Source: Lytechinus pictus | Taxonomy: Eukaryota | DNA: 64,000 nucleotides | Direction: 5' to 3' | NCBI RefSeq assembly: GCF_037042905.1 | Contig: NC_087252.1 | Location: forward strand, 21,702,001-21,766,000 | Part shown: positions 1 through 13,700 of the stretch, one piece after another | How the letters are laid out: every line of letters starts with the position of its first letter | Numbering within the stretch: the first letter of the stretch is position 1 | The notes under the pieces: model-generated | Databases searched by the model: none | What the model was told of the DNA's origin: nothing | The model's input: the letters and a program-made list of their open reading frames with translations, nothing else | Translations under genes and position numbers: made by a program

Positions 1-427
1 GAGGGAGGGGAAGAAGAGGGGATCAGGTGGTGGAGAGTGGACATATAGGGAGGCAGAAGGGAAGGGGAGGGGAGGAGAGGGGATGGAGAATTAGGAGGTA
101 AGGAGGGGAAGAAGAGGGGTCAAGTGGTGGAGAGAGGACATATAGGGAGAAGGGAGGGGAGGGGAAAATAAGAAGAGAGGGGAGAGCTAGGAGAGGAAAT
201 AAAAAGGGAAAGTGGAGGGGGAAAGGAGAAGAGGGGGGGGGGGCAACAAGGGACTTTATAAAGGGGAAGGAAAGGGGGGGGGAGGAAGGGAGGGGAGAGA
301 CAAGCAGAGGAAAATGATTGGGGTTGATGGGGTAAATGGGTGGAGATAGGAAAAGAGAGGGGATTGGATGGGTTGCTGGGTTGAGATGTATGTGGCAAGT
401 ATAAGAGGTGAAGGGGGGGGGGGGGGG
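1..427. repeat. Purine-rich (G/A) low-complexity tract with an internal ~50-bp direct duplication and poly-G runs
   Basis: GGAGGGGAAGAAGAGGGG..TCA.GTGGTGGAGAG.GGACATATAGGGAG occurs at about 4-52 and again at about 102-149. There are G runs near 233-243 and 412-427. This tract explains the P/S/L-rich minus-strand ORFs. Confidence 0.85.
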
Positions 428-1183
428 CACAGAGAGGTAGTGCCCAGAATATGATAGTACATCTGACAAGGGAACATTGAATACTAAAATAAATAGGGCC
501 ATTTGAGGCACTAGGCTGAGGGGCACAGAATGATTACAAAAAAAGTCACCATTCCTTGTCTTTTTTAAGCCTATTTTCACATTATCTTTGATAATTAGTG
601 AAATGTCAATTTTATAACAATTCTTTACCATTTGAACTGCCACCATATGCCATAATACACCCAACATGTATTTTTTAATATCTCATATTTTGGGTACATA
701 TTGCTGAATTTCTTACAGACACCATTAACAGGATAAACATGTCAGATTAACTTTCCCAAAGCTGCAAAAAACTAACATTTTTCTTATCGAGGCTCTCCGC
801 CGTCATTTCGCCAAGTGGCAAACGGCGCCCCTTCACCAATCTCCCGTACAGTCCGCTAATAATGACTAATTATGTTTCAGCACCACGATGCCAGCTTTTC
901 TCCTCATCAAGAGGACATCGTGCAAACAAAAAACGTGTCGTTATAAGTGTGTAAACATTGCTCAGGTTTACATCATGGGGAGTGTGATCTAATGAATATT
1001 GTTTCATTAATTAGTCTTAACAGCCAGACTCGCTAAACATTGAACAATTTACATTTATAATCATCTTTGAAAAAACAAATTGATGAGAGTTTATTTTCTG
1101 ACTTATCTGTGAAAAAAAAAATCATTTTGAAATTTCTAAATGTCAATAGAAAAGTTTTGATGATTTTATTTGTAAATTATTAA

Positions 1184-1328
1184 CTCTTAATGTGCCATTC
1201 ACTGTTTTCAGCGAGTGCCATTTTTTTTCAGAGGCTATACTTAATTGTTTTATTCTTAAAGAAAAAGGGAATTACTCCTGAGACAACTCCAGTGGATGCA
1301 CAGATATGTGTTCATGGCACTTTAAGGG
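1184..1328. mobile_element. piggyBac-like MITE (145 bp)
   Basis: TTAA lies at 1180-1183 and 1329-1332. The left end CTCTTAATGTGCCAT matches the reverse complement of the right end, CCCTTAAAGTGCCAT, at 13/15. TTAA plus CCC ends is the piggyBac signature. Confidence 0.7.
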
Positions 1329-3349
1329 TTAAATGTCTGCAATATTATATTGTTACAAATGTTTATATACGGTATGTTCATATATAAGATTGTAAAGTCT
1401 TTTCAAAAGTGGTCTGTTTGTCGATACTTATTCAAATGTTTATCCAACATTATCAAGTTTATTTTATATTAATATTTTTAATCTCAGCTCCAACATATTT
1501 TCCAACAGTGTCAATATACAAGAACTAGTGGCATAATTTTGTTCAGCAATGTTATGTTTTTTTTCTGATTTTTGTTTCCACTTAATATACTATCACAACA
1601 ATCATGCAGTATATCCGTTGGATAATATTTCTGTGATAGTGCAAATAATACAGTTGTAGAGGTATACAAATATGATTGGGAATCAGCCCAGTTCAACCAA
1701 GTTGTATGAATGCTATTTTTTACTTCCCATGAATGACAATGAAAAGTGTCTAAACTCTTAGACTATCCCCCGACTTAGCATGCAGAACAAACAATCAAAA
1801 AACATTTTCTCTTTGCTCTCCAAAATGAGATTTTGAAAAATAGATGGTGTGATTCATATAAAAGCAAACAGACAACAATGTTGCATAATAATTTTGACTG
1901 AGGGCTACTTGTCTCGGCTCATATTGGCAAACAATGAGCGAGTGGTGAAACCGATACGCCGTCTTGTAAGTGAGCGTTCATGAAGACGATGTAATATTTC
2001 CCCCTTTTTTGTTTCATATTGCTTAAAGTCTACTTCTGATGGGTCAGCGTGTATTTGTCACATTATGATTGTTTTGTGCAATGTTTTTTTTTTTTTTGTC
2101 GGAGAAAGAGAGTTTGGTTTCCTACGGCAATGAAATTTGGAGCCATTAGGACAATTGGCTTGAAGGGTATACTTATTTCAAAGTAGATATTCATAGGTTT
2201 GGCTCCGAATCCACTTCTGATGAAACCATTGTTCTTTTTAGAAATATCTCATTTTCATATGAAATTTTGAAATTGTTTGTTTGCCCGATTTTGCTCTATG
2301 ACTCTCGATCTACATATTCTACTTTAAAAAAAATCTTTGAAATATCTTCTCTACAGCAATGCCTTTGTTTGCTGATTCAAATATGGGAATGTAGGCTAGC
2401 TTTGTCTTTCTCTTTCTCTTTCCCTGGTAATAAAACGCTTCTCTGTCCATCTGCATCTGTTTCTCACTGTTTCACCTCTTTTCTCTCTTTATTTCTCTTT
2501 GAAGCCCCCAGCATAACCCTGTCCTTTAGAGCACACAAGATAGCTATTCATCTTTTTAAATTCATATTGTTAATCTGTAGGTTTATATACAGTATTCCCA
2601 TTCATTTCCGTATTCCCTCTTTATCTCAGAATCCACTTTATAATTGTTATCCCCCAAAGCCTTTCATGAATATCTCTTTCCCCAATAAACAGACCAAAAA
2701 TCACACTTTCCCCCGCCATAGGGCAATTCAGCAACCAGAAACACATTTGTCTATTATGTTTTCTGGTTTATTCATGTACCACCCCCCCCCCCAAAAAAAA
2801 AAATACCCCCTCCTGTTTCAGTAGTATACAAAAACTCTGTGGGTGGCCTTGTCAGATGCACAAAACATCCTAAATCAACATTAAAATGACACCCAAATGT
2901 TGTCCAGAATTGTCAACGGAACTTGTCATAACGGGTGTTTTCGCCTTTATATCATCAAATTTTGAATGTGTTTTTTTCAGTGCGAGCGTGCACAGAAGCC
3001 AATTTGTTCCTTTTTGTTTATGTGACAGTGGCACAGAATTTCATATTTCTTTTATATAACCCATTTCTTCCTAGAGCTGGATGGTTCCTGATAAAAATTG
3101 TACCATTTTCAGATTTTAGTAAACAACAGATTGAATATATATCTCTCTTTTGATTTTTTTTCATATATTTCAATATTTTAAAAACTTATATTTGATTGAC
3201 CAAACCCCCCCAAAATAGAAAAGAAAAGAAGGAACATAAATAGAGTATATCTACCAATTGGCCATAAAAAGTAATATGCCTTTCAATATGTATGAGTTGG
3301 TAGAATTTTGGTAAATTACTTACTATACAAGTGTGTGTATGCCTGAAAG

Positions 3350-3505
3350 GTAGCAAACAGAGGACCCAAGGCTATAAACCCTCTCTGAAGGACTTGATAA
3401 TAAGGAAACAGCCTTGTAGTATGTAACAGAACTAGTGCATTTGTTTGGATTTGAACCTAGGTCCTTCCAGTTATGATACTTCTTAATCTTCTACTGAACC
3501 ATGTC
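3350..3505 (-). mobile_element. Degenerate tRNA-derived SINE (head region)
   Basis: The minus strand has a B box GGTTCAAATCC (3447-3457) and an A-box-like TGGTTCAGTAG (about 3491-3501) at tRNA-like spacing. No intact cloverleaf is visible and the boundaries are approximate. Confidence 0.5.
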
Positions 3506-6500
3506 ATCAGCTCCTGGTTTCACAAAAGTTACTATTAGGGTAACTTTGTCATATAATGGCAACTGACATAGCATCAACACTGCACAGCCAATCGCAAACA
3601 GGGATTCTATGGAAGATTGTTGGTTGGAAGGAGTTACAAACTTTTATTCACTAACATCCTGAACAAACTATCTTTAACAGATAGGACTATATCCTTGTTT
3701 TGTATAGATTTGATTATTGAAAATATGTTATTGTAATTGCTTTTGTCCTGGTTTACACTAGACTAAGACTGGATGGATACATTCTACGTAGTTCTGCATG
3801 TATGACTGTATAAAGTTAAGCTGAGTTACTTGAGTGAGTGCTGTAGCTCCAATGAAAGAAGTATCAAACTCGTCCCAGGTGACACCAAAGGATTTGTTAC
3901 CAGTTGGCCATTGGGTCTGTTACAGGGGTAATACCTGCACCCATTGTGTACCCCCATTAAGCACCCCTCACCCCTGTTAACACTCCTTTCTTACCCCCCC
4001 CCTTGCACCGATAGTCCCTCTGCACAGTCGACTTACCTACAAAGAGGCTGCCTCAGGGTTAGGTTTTAGTGGGAGAAAGTTGTTGGGATAGAAGGGGGAC
4101 TCAAGATTTTTATCTTTTTTTGGGGGGGGGGTGTCGGGGGATATTTTGGAGTGCAAATAAAAGAAGGGGATGTAGGAGTTGGCAGTGAGAAAGTGAGGAG
4201 TCAGTGTGGGATTGGGGTGTGATTTGTACCCCTAGGGGTGTAAGAAAGGTGAGTATACCCCCATTGAGACTCCTAACATGCCCTTCTCTTGCCCCCTTTC
4301 TTTAATGAGCTTAAAAACTGGGGTTTAGTGAATGGGTGCATGTTGTTGGTAGCAGAGTTTCAAAACACAGCACTGGGTGGCCATATTTTGTATAATACAA
4401 GTAAGTGTTGCAGAACAGTCACACGGACAAAACAAACTCCAAACCCACTGATACTATGTTATTGGTAATAACGTAATGGAGTCATTTCATTAAACAATTT
4501 GAAATGCTAATGATTTTGTACAATTGCTGTGTTACATATAATTATCCATCTTTTTGAAAGGTGTTTGCAATTGTAATAGTTTGCAACGTGCACTGATTTG
4601 TATGATTTGAACTGTACAACTTTGATATATATACTATTACAAATAATAGTAATATCTAATGTTGGTTTGGAGTCAGTTTCTCCAGGAGCATTACGATGTT
4701 CATTTTATCGTGTCTGAGACAGTGCATGAGTAGGAAATTTGTTACGAACAGAGTTTATCATATCGTTAAGATGAACAATTAGTTCTTAGATGTGAAGGTT
4801 AATTGAATATCGTTGTGGTAATTTAGTGGCATAATATTTGAATGTGGAATTAGATATTTGTAAGTATGTAGTGAAATAATGTGAATAGAATAAATAATAT
4901 GAATTGTTCATTGACCCTAATTTTGGTCATGGCAGGCAAGGTAAAATTGCTTTGGAAAAAGAAATGCAATATCACAAGGTAAATCACTTCATGTCAAAAG
5001 AGAGAAAAAGGTCAATGGTTTATAAAACAACAAAACTTTCTTTTGAAGATGTAAAACTTTTTTTCAAGGATTTTTTGGGGCACGTGAAACAGATTTTTGG
5101 GCAAGTATATTCCAACTATTAAAAAATTTACTTGCCCGACTGGGCAAGTGCCTCTGAAAAGTTATTTAGCACCCTGCATTAGTCTAAATCGAATGTAGAC
5201 GAAGCAGGAATAGACTAAGTGGCAATTTACCCCCTTATTCAACGTTCTAACCTTTCAGACTGCTGATACGGAACCCAGATGGTTTTGGCATCATTTTGGA
5301 TCTCTTCTGGAGTTAATGAGTTTATATTGAATCATATTTTGATGATGCGAGCGCTGATGAATTACGTAGGCTCGGGAGAGCTTGTTTACCAAGTAGAGTA
5401 ATTTGGACAAATTGAGGACACCTATTAATTAAGAGCTTGGCACTTAAGATGAGAGAGCTGGTGGTTTGGGGGAAATGAGGTGAGAAAGAAAGAGAGACAG
5501 AGAGAAGGGGTAATAAGAGAGAAAAGGAAGTGTGAGAGGATGAGAGGAAAAAAATGAAGGAAAAGTCTATAAAAGTAGCAAGAAGCAAGCTTGTAATATA
5601 GGCTATAGGAATGTAAGGACATTTTGTTTTATATTTGTTTATTTTTTCTTGTTAATGCAGTGTCAGCAGTTCGTCTAGGTAAACTTGATAAATGGTTATA
5701 TTTTGTTCTCATAAACACAACAATGAGGTTTAAAGAATTGCTTTATTCGAGAAACGGCATGAAAATGTTAATGTAATTTTATTGATAATGGGTGGGTCAA
5801 GCATAAAGCCTGACTTGCGCGTTGAATTATTATGATATAAAAGAAAATAGCAAGGAGAGACATGAAGGGGGAAGAAGGAGAAATGATCAAGGGCATCTGT
5901 TCCTCTCAAATTAATAGGGCCCACATACTACAAGTGTCGACTACGTCAAACAAAGATGGCAGTACAAAATGACTTTGTAAATGATTATAAATATAGTGGA
6001 ATGGAAATGAGAATTTTGGAACAAAGACTGAAAATTACCTGGATTGTAAGAAATCAAAGGAAATCATAGATGGTTTCTTGATGTTTCATTTTTAGAGATA
6101 TAGCAGACATCAGTCCTGAAAATGTTATGGTCGGAAGAAAAAAAGGAAAACATGGGGAATGTTGTATGTTATCAGTATTTCTTTTGTCTGTTGCATTCTG
6201 AGTGGAAGCATTTTCTCGAAGACAGCTCGGCCGTTTATTCACCTTTCCGCTCGAGAGCATCCATTCACATCCTCCCCATCCGCACTCCTTGACTCCTTGT
6301 TTTTGTTTTTTCATTCTTAAAAACCGAAACACCGCAAGCCTTGTCAGGAATCAAACATTATCCAGGAATTATTCACCATCTGTAGGAAAGTTGTGGCTCG
6401 ATGGGACCCGCCGCTGAAAAGGTCACGTCTTGCCGCCGATCCTCCCCCGAGTTCCCCTTGTCCCATTCAAGCATTTTCTGTAATTCAGAGTGTTTTCAGC

Positions 6501-7008
6501 GATAAAGGTGTTTTCATTTACTTAGTTACAATTGACAGCGTGACAGTAGGAAATCCCAATTGTGTTTTGTCACTCCTAACCCATCTCTGCTTTTCCTTCT
6601 TCTGTACACTTTTTTCTACCCCCCTTTACACGCTATCTCTCTCCCTTTCTATTTCTCTTTCACTCTCTCATTCTTCTTTGTTAATTTTCTCTTTCTGTCA
6701 ATCATTATTCCTTCTTTGGACTATTTCCCCTCTCTGTATCTTCCTGTTACCTTGTCTCTCTGCTTTGTCTCTCCATACTTATGTTTGCCACATCTGTCTT
6801 TATTTTCAATCCTTATATTTTTCTTCCTCTTCCTCCATCTCCCCTCCCTGTTTTCTCCCCTCCTCTCTCATTCTCCCTCCTCTCTCATTCTCCCTTTCTC
6901 ACTCTTTCTCTTTCTCTCTTCTGTCCAGTCTCACTGTATTTTCTCATCTTTTCTCACCCTGTTCCTAATCTTCATATACATACAATTCAAATACACATGA
7001 ATTAATAC

Positions 7009-7249
7009 CAGTGGTGTACAGATGTAATTACTTGGGGGTGCTCCCCCAAAAAATATGGGGAAAAGGAAAGAGAGAAGGGTGAAATATATTGATTTCTTGA
7101 TATCATGTCAAAATCTATCCCAAAATTTGATTTTTGTATTTAAAAAATCCAAAATGTTTGCTTGCTTGCTTGCTTTGCTCGCTCTTCATAAATTTTTCCC
7201 AGTACGCCATGTCTGGCCCCTACAAGTTTTTGGGCTCATTATGCCACTG
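7009..7249. mobile_element. hAT-like MITE (degenerate)
   Basis: The ends are CAGTGGTGTA and TATGCCACTG (reverse complement CAGTGGCATA). The 8-bp flanks ATTAATAC and ATTGATTA match only partly. Confidence 0.5.
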
Positions 7250-7752
7250 ATTGATTAATAAACAATTTTCATATGAGCTTGTTATTGAAATGTTTGTTTT
7301 ACATATCACTGCTATCTAATGGAGATGAGAACTCATCAAGATAGATGTACAGAGGTGCATTAAATTTTAATATTTATGTTAATTTTTTTAAATCTTTTAA
7401 TTCGTACCATGGTAGTTACCAAACTTATTACAATATCAACTTCATATGCAAAGGCTGGGCCTCAGTTGTATGAGAAATGCCTCTCCTTTCCTTTTTTTTC
7501 CTGGAAATGCTTGACCTAGTTCAAGTTGGTCATTGTTATGATAACACAATATAAACAGTTCCTATATCAAGTTTGTGGTGATGGAGTATGGTCAGGATTG
7601 AATGGACATTGCCTGTGACTGGTCAGCACATGGCTGTGTTCACACTTTTTTTGTATAATAACGTTTTTAGGCTTGTTATAGGCATCAATCGGGGCATTCC
7701 CCCCCTTGACTGCTTCAAAAAGCACCTGAAAACACCCCCGTATAACTATTAA

Positions 7753-8349
7753 AGGGGAATCCAACCCAAATTAAAAATTGTTTTTATAAGGAAAAGAAAA
7801 ATCAGACAAGTTGATAGGTGAAAGTTTGAACAATATTGGACAAACAACAAAAAAGTTATGAATTTTTAAAAGTTGTAAATATTGGTAATCACTGTACCCA
7901 TGGAGACTTCAAATTGGCTGCATATGGGATGTCATAGTGATGTAAGGCAAGGACTACTCTTCCATGTACTCCAATTCATATTATGGCGAAAATGTGATTT
8001 TTTCCCAAAAGTTTTATTTCAAATTAATATTTTTCTTTCATGAGGACATAAAACAATATACTACCTGGGTTATATTTAGATTACTGCCCCAGGGGAATGG
8101 GTACTTAGGAGAAAACCACTAATCCCTGATAATAAAGTACATGGCCTATGGGAAAGTTGTCCTTGCCCCTTGTCATAATTTACTTATCCAGTTGCCAATT
8201 TGAAATCTACATAGTATTAGTGATCTCAATTTTAAAGCAGCTATAACTTTCTTATTGCTTGTCCGATTTCTTTCAAACTTTCACCATTCTGTTTAATTTA
8301 TTTTTCTCCTCCCCAACACAACATTTAATGGCCAAGGCTGGATTCCCCT
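7753..8349. mobile_element. Non-autonomous TTAA-targeting DNA transposon, Kolobok-like (597 bp)
   Basis: TTAA TSD at 7749-7752 and 8350-8353. TIR AGGGGAATCCAACC versus AGGGGAATCCAGCC. Subterminal inverted motif GGTGAAAGTTTGAA / TTCAAACTTTCACC. TTAA with purine-purine ends fits Kolobok rather than piggyBac. Confidence 0.85.
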
Positions 8350-8427
8350 TTAAGCTAAAAAAATTTATACTGCAAACAGTGCTTTACAACCCCTTATAAT
8401 GTGTATCTCTCTTTTCATTTTTTCACT

Positions 8428-8486
8428 GCGCATTGGGCACTTTGCAGTGTGGATTTGGCGCATTACGAATCCCATCTATTATTATT
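8428..8486 (+). mobile_element. LINE/SINE 3' tail fragment (L2/CR1-type)
   Basis: GCGCATTGGG...GGCGCATTACGAAT..CTATTATTATT resembles L2-clade tail ends that finish in (TAT)n. Confidence 0.35.
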
Positions 8487-8886
8487 GTAACTATCCGACA
8501 CATGACAAAGGGGGCCTCAGAAACAGAGACATGTGGGGGTAATAAAAGCATCAAATTATTCTATCACAGTTTCGTTCTATCTTTGTTAACTAATTACCCC
8601 TAATTAAGAATCGTGTCATTAAGAAGATTGTGAATGCAACTCTGTGTAATTGTAACCTTGGTCATTGTTCTAGGTGTAAATGGGACAGTGGGCAGATGGA
8701 CGGACAGACCGATGTATCAAGATTCTTTTCTTTGATTGGCCTGGTCACCATCTGGATACTGACTGGTCAGTCGTAATGCTTGACCTTTCAGATTCGTTGG
8801 TCAGTCAATCTTTTTCACATATCATTGCATGTACTCCGAAGATGTTGTGATGTAAAATGCATAGAAGAACATGTAAGCATATTACA

Positions 8887-9102
8887 CACAGTAAAAATAC
8901 TGTTTAGATTTGTGTATGTAACACTCTTTCAGTAGTTAAACAGTTTAAACAACTGTTTAAAATCTTAAACAACAAAGTTTTATTTTTGATATTTGGTTCT
9001 CAATAAATTTATCAGGGTTGTTTAAACTAATAAATAACTAATGTAAGGTTTGTATATTAAAGAGCATTGTATAAAATTTTGAATAGCGTTTGTTTTACTG
9101 TA
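8887..9102. mobile_element. Small MITE with CACAGTAAAA-type ends (CACTA/EnSpm-like)
   Basis: The left end is CACAGTAAAAA and the right end TTTTACTGTA, with CA on both flanks. GTTTAAA-like motifs recur inside. Confidence 0.4.
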
Positions 9103-10220
9103 CAAAGCGTTCATTGGTGTACATAGAGGGCTACACCGGTCATTTTACTCCGCTGTTAAAATTACAGCTTCACATAAATCCAGTAAATAAATGGTGTGGA
9201 CTTTTTTGCTGAAACACATGTCCTTTTACCTGATGCTCAAGCTGTACTTGGGTGTTGGGTCCTTCTTGTACTACAATCTTTCATTCACTGTTTCCAGATC
9301 TGCTCTTGAAAAGTTGTTTTGCGGTAGTTTGGCTTAAGCTTGAATTGCTGGATGATTCAAGAAGGAGCTGAATTCAGTCCTTTCTGGTACCTTGTAAAAT
9401 TAGAGTAGCAATGTGTTTATTTTCAAGTAGATTCTCTATTGTTGGGAGTATTGGGCTGACATGCACTAAACATCTCTTTTTGTGTATATTCAAATTCAAA
9501 TTCCACCACAGTCAACTTTCCTCTTTGTACTGTTCTGTATTATCTAAAGCTACATGTATGCTATTGTAATAGATGTGACCTTTTGTAACCTGTCTCTTTG
9601 AGTGTAATTACCACTTAAGTGCTATTAAAACCCTCTTAGCTGTCTATTGTCTATTACCACTACACACTTCACTACCTGTTTTTGCTTTGCCTAAGATATA
9701 TTTTTGAGGGACCTATACTTGTTTTTCATGTTTAAAAGTCCAGAAAAAATAATTATTCTAAATATGACATAAGAACTTTTTTTGTTAAGATATTTTAGTA
9801 AAAAAAAATGTTGATATACATTTTGTATCAGCTTGTTTAGGGGGTTCGTTTTTTTAATTCTTTTGAAATATTCATTTGTTTTCTTGGTTATTTTGTATTT
9901 TTTTAATCTCTTTATTATTCCTCTATTTATTTATTTGTTTATTAATTTATCAATTCATGAATTAATTGATTGATTTATATATTTACTTATTTCATTATTA
10001 ATTTACTTCTTTATTTCTTTACTTAGTCATTGTTATTATTTTTCTTGGGGCACGCAAATGTTTCACTGTCGTATCGTCCCTTGTTGATTGTTAGCATGTA
10101 TTTTTATCATTCGCTATCAAGGTTATCATTCTTTTATCCCTCTAATTGTAATCAAGATAGACAATGGGTCACCTTTCACGGTATAATTGAACAGTGCCGA
10201 TGAATTCAATCATGGTGATA

Positions 10221-10762
10221 ACCTATAATACACTCAGTGCTATTTCAACACAATCTCACACGTTTGCTTGTCAATTTGTTCATCAAAATGAACTTGAAAT
10301 TTTTAAGGTATGAATTGACTTTATTTCATGTATATACTTTGCCTACCAATACAGTGGAAAACGTTACTGTACGTGTACTTTTACTTCTCAAATATATTCC
10401 TAGATGTCTGTTTAAAAAAATATATTTTTCACAGTTGAACTAAACATTGAAATCTTCCTAGATATCTATAAAAAAAAACATATTTCTATATTTTCACAGT
10501 TGAACTAAACGTCATCATAGTGATTTTCATTACCTATAAAACACTTACTGCTATTTCAACACAATCTCACACGTTTGTTTGTCGATTTGTTTATCAAAAT
10601 GAACTTGAAATTTTTAAGGTATGAATTGACTTTATTTCATGTATACTGTGACACCTAATACAGTGGAAAACTTGATTGTGTTTCTGTACATGTTCTTTTA
10701 CTTCTCAAAAATATTCCAAGATGTCTGTTTAAAAAAAATATGTTTTTCACAGTTGAACTAAA
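10221..10762. repeat. Local tandem duplication, period about 311 bp
   Basis: ACCTATAA.ACACT...TGCTATTTCAACACAATCTCACACGTTTG...TTTTCACAGTTGAACTAAA starts at 10221 and again at 10532. An extra partial copy of the 3' end lies at about 10455-10510. Confidence 0.9.
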
Positions 10763-13700
10763 TGTCGTTGAAAATCTTAATGATAAAAAGAAGCCAAAGA
10801 GGCAAGTTTCATCTATCACTTTCTTTTATTCTCCACCCAGTCTTCTCTCTTTCTTTTGTTCTTTTTCTTAGGTTTGTTGTATCACTGTTTTCTCTGCCAT
10901 TTCTTCTTTTAATTTTCCCCTCTCTGTATCTCTGTCTTCAACCTTTGTCTTTATCCTTTTGGATTCACATTTTATAACATCTCAACCCCAATCTCCTATC
11001 TTTCTCTCTCTTTCTCTCTCTTATCTCCTTTTGTCATTCACTCTCTTCTAAGGCTTACTCTCAATCTTGTCTAAAATAATTTCATTTTTAAAATTTCTTT
11101 CAATCTTCTCAGCAATCCATCATTAATTTCATGTATCAATCCGAGCAAAACTTCACCCATGATATCATCTCAAACGGAGCACCCCCAAAACAATGGCTAG
11201 GTATAAAGAAATGCCTACATCATTGCCATCACTTTTCATCCAGAATTTGTAGTTAGAATTGACAGTATCCATTATGCTTAACTGCAAGGCAAAAGCTATT
11301 GATTATTTTCTTCTTTATTTCTTTAAATGAATGCTTACAGAGAGATAAAAGTTAGAATTTTGAAAAGCTTTCAGAAATCACCAGTATTATGAAAATTTAT
11401 CATACTTGCAAAGATAAAAAAACACCAAGACTACTTTAAAGATTAAGGAATCATCAGAAAAAATCTTATACTCATAAAGGGAAAGAAATAACACTCTTTC
11501 AAATGTTTTAGAAATCATCAGCATTTGTAAAGAAATCAATGATTGTAATAAAAACCATATTTTGATTGACATAGCTTTCTCTTTTGTGATATATATCATC
11601 TTTTGAATTCCTTTCGGAATGTGAGAATAAAAAAACCATCTATGTGCTGTGAATCGCACAACCCATTATTATGATTTTCTAAGTATCTTTTTACAGGTAT
11701 TGATACCCGGAAAGTACAGGAACTTTGCAACTGTGTATGATATTTGTCGAGAACCCTTTTTCTTGTGTCTGTGCTGTCGAGAAATCATTTTTTTTTCTAA
11801 TTCATAACAATAATCTAATACCCATATGTGTGGAAGCTTAAGAGCTTTGCTTTACTATCGTTTAATATCATTTCATATTTTATTAAACAAACAGTATTGT
11901 ATTGGTAAAATATTCATATAAAAACATATTAGCCATTGCAATCAACGCATAGAGTCCTTTTATTCTGCCGTTTTTAAGCAGTCGTTTGTTAGGTTTGTTT
12001 TCTAAATGTTCTCACAGATATGATTAAGTTCATCTTGTTTTTTATCATGTCTCAAGATCTCTTCATTCTTTTTTTTTCTTAAAATCAGTTGAACCCATCC
12101 CCCCCCCCAAAAAAAATACCTGCCATATTCTCCGAAACGTTATTTATGATAAAAACTTTCTAGGTTTTTTATCGCAGAGTTGGGTTTTATAAGCATCTTA
12201 ATTCATTTCTTCTTTCAATTTCCAAAGCATCAATTTCCACGCCCCACATCCGTCTTGACAGGAACACGACAAAAATATGTCACCAGAAAACATGATTGTT
12301 TGCAGAACGTCGGAACCGATCATCTCTTTCTCTCAAACGCAACTCAAGAGTGAAAAATTGGGATGGAAAATTGTTGAGATATGAAGAGGAGGAGGACGAA
12401 TGCTTCGTGAAGCGATCAATTGATTCGCCGATCGAGCAGCATGGCTCAACAAGGAGTGACATTTGCGTATCCGCAAATTGCACGGTAGTTTTTTTTGTCG
12501 GATGCTGTGTGGTTACATCATGGGATATTGGACCTCGTGATGAGCATGCATTGATTTACATGTCGTAAACAATAGAGGGAGTAAAACATATTTTGTGGAT
12601 GTGTATATATGTGGGTGGAGTGTATTGATTTGTTAAGGGTTGGTCATATGAATTTGTTAAGTCCCAGATATTGCATATCATGTCTTGTTTTTAATAAGTC
12701 TTTGAATAGGATTCAATATTTGCAACCAGAATACTGCCTAACATTTAGTATGGATCTTGAATAATGGATATGAATAACTTGATAAATTAATACATGAATT
12801 GATAGATATATGAATGAATAAATAAATGCAATTAATTAGTAAATTGATTAATTACCAGTAAGAACTTAAATTAAATCTATCAATATAATAATGAATCAGC
12901 GAATAAAGAGCCATTTTGTAAATACAAGTTAAAAACATATTTGGCGCTAGACATATATGCATAATGAAGACATGCAGCGAACAATGTATTGAAGTATATA
13001 AGACTGATAGTAATCAGTCTGTAATCACATTATTTGAGGTATCATAAAGGTTCTTGTTTGATCGATGAAAACAAAGTGAGTGAATATTGTATATTTAAAG
13101 CAAATATTTCAGAAAAAGTACAAATGCCATTTCTTTCCGTGCATTAAGTTTTTGTGGTTTTCATCAAACTATTTAGTAAGAGAAGTCAAGATTCGGATTT
13201 TATTATAACATTTCCTTTTTGCTCATTTTATTCCCTCATACGAACTTACAAAAGTTGAAATTTAGATGAAAAGGATGCCGACACTCATAAAAATTACCAC
13301 ATTGTAAAATGTACAGAGCTGAAGACGTATATTGTGGTTTCAATATTTGTGAGCCCGAATATTCTCATTGCAAAATATCCAGTATCAAGAAACAAAATTA
13401 ATAATATCCAAATTGGTAGAAAGGATGCCGACATAGCCAAGATGACCAAAGAAGATCTTTATCATTAAAATAGAAGATGTTAACTTAAACAAGCAGATAG
13501 CATAAAGATGGACTTTGCTAATGGATATATAAAAATACAATAAAAAGACTCTAGATTTGAAGTTCTGGAGACCACAAGAAGAAAATGAGCAAGGTATGAA
13601 TTCAATCATATCTTAGGTTTGGACATCGTAAAGATACCAATCTGAATGAAAATGTCCTTATTTTAAACAAGATGCCTGCCGTGAGGGAAACCTCAATTCC

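Noticed and set aside
23..667. 214-aa minus-strand ORF and overlapping ORFs
   Set aside because: P/S/L/F-rich translation of a purine/pyrimidine low-complexity tract, with no domain.
876..896. TTCAGCACCACG resembling a REST/NRSE site
   Set aside because: Only the left half matches and the GGACAG half is missing.
3440..3505. Possible tRNA gene on the minus strand
   Set aside because: A and B boxes are present but acceptor and anticodon stems cannot be formed; treated as a SINE head.
6393..7005. 191-aa and 146-aa hydrophobic ORFs
   Set aside because: Products of a CT-rich tract; the apparent transmembrane character is compositional.
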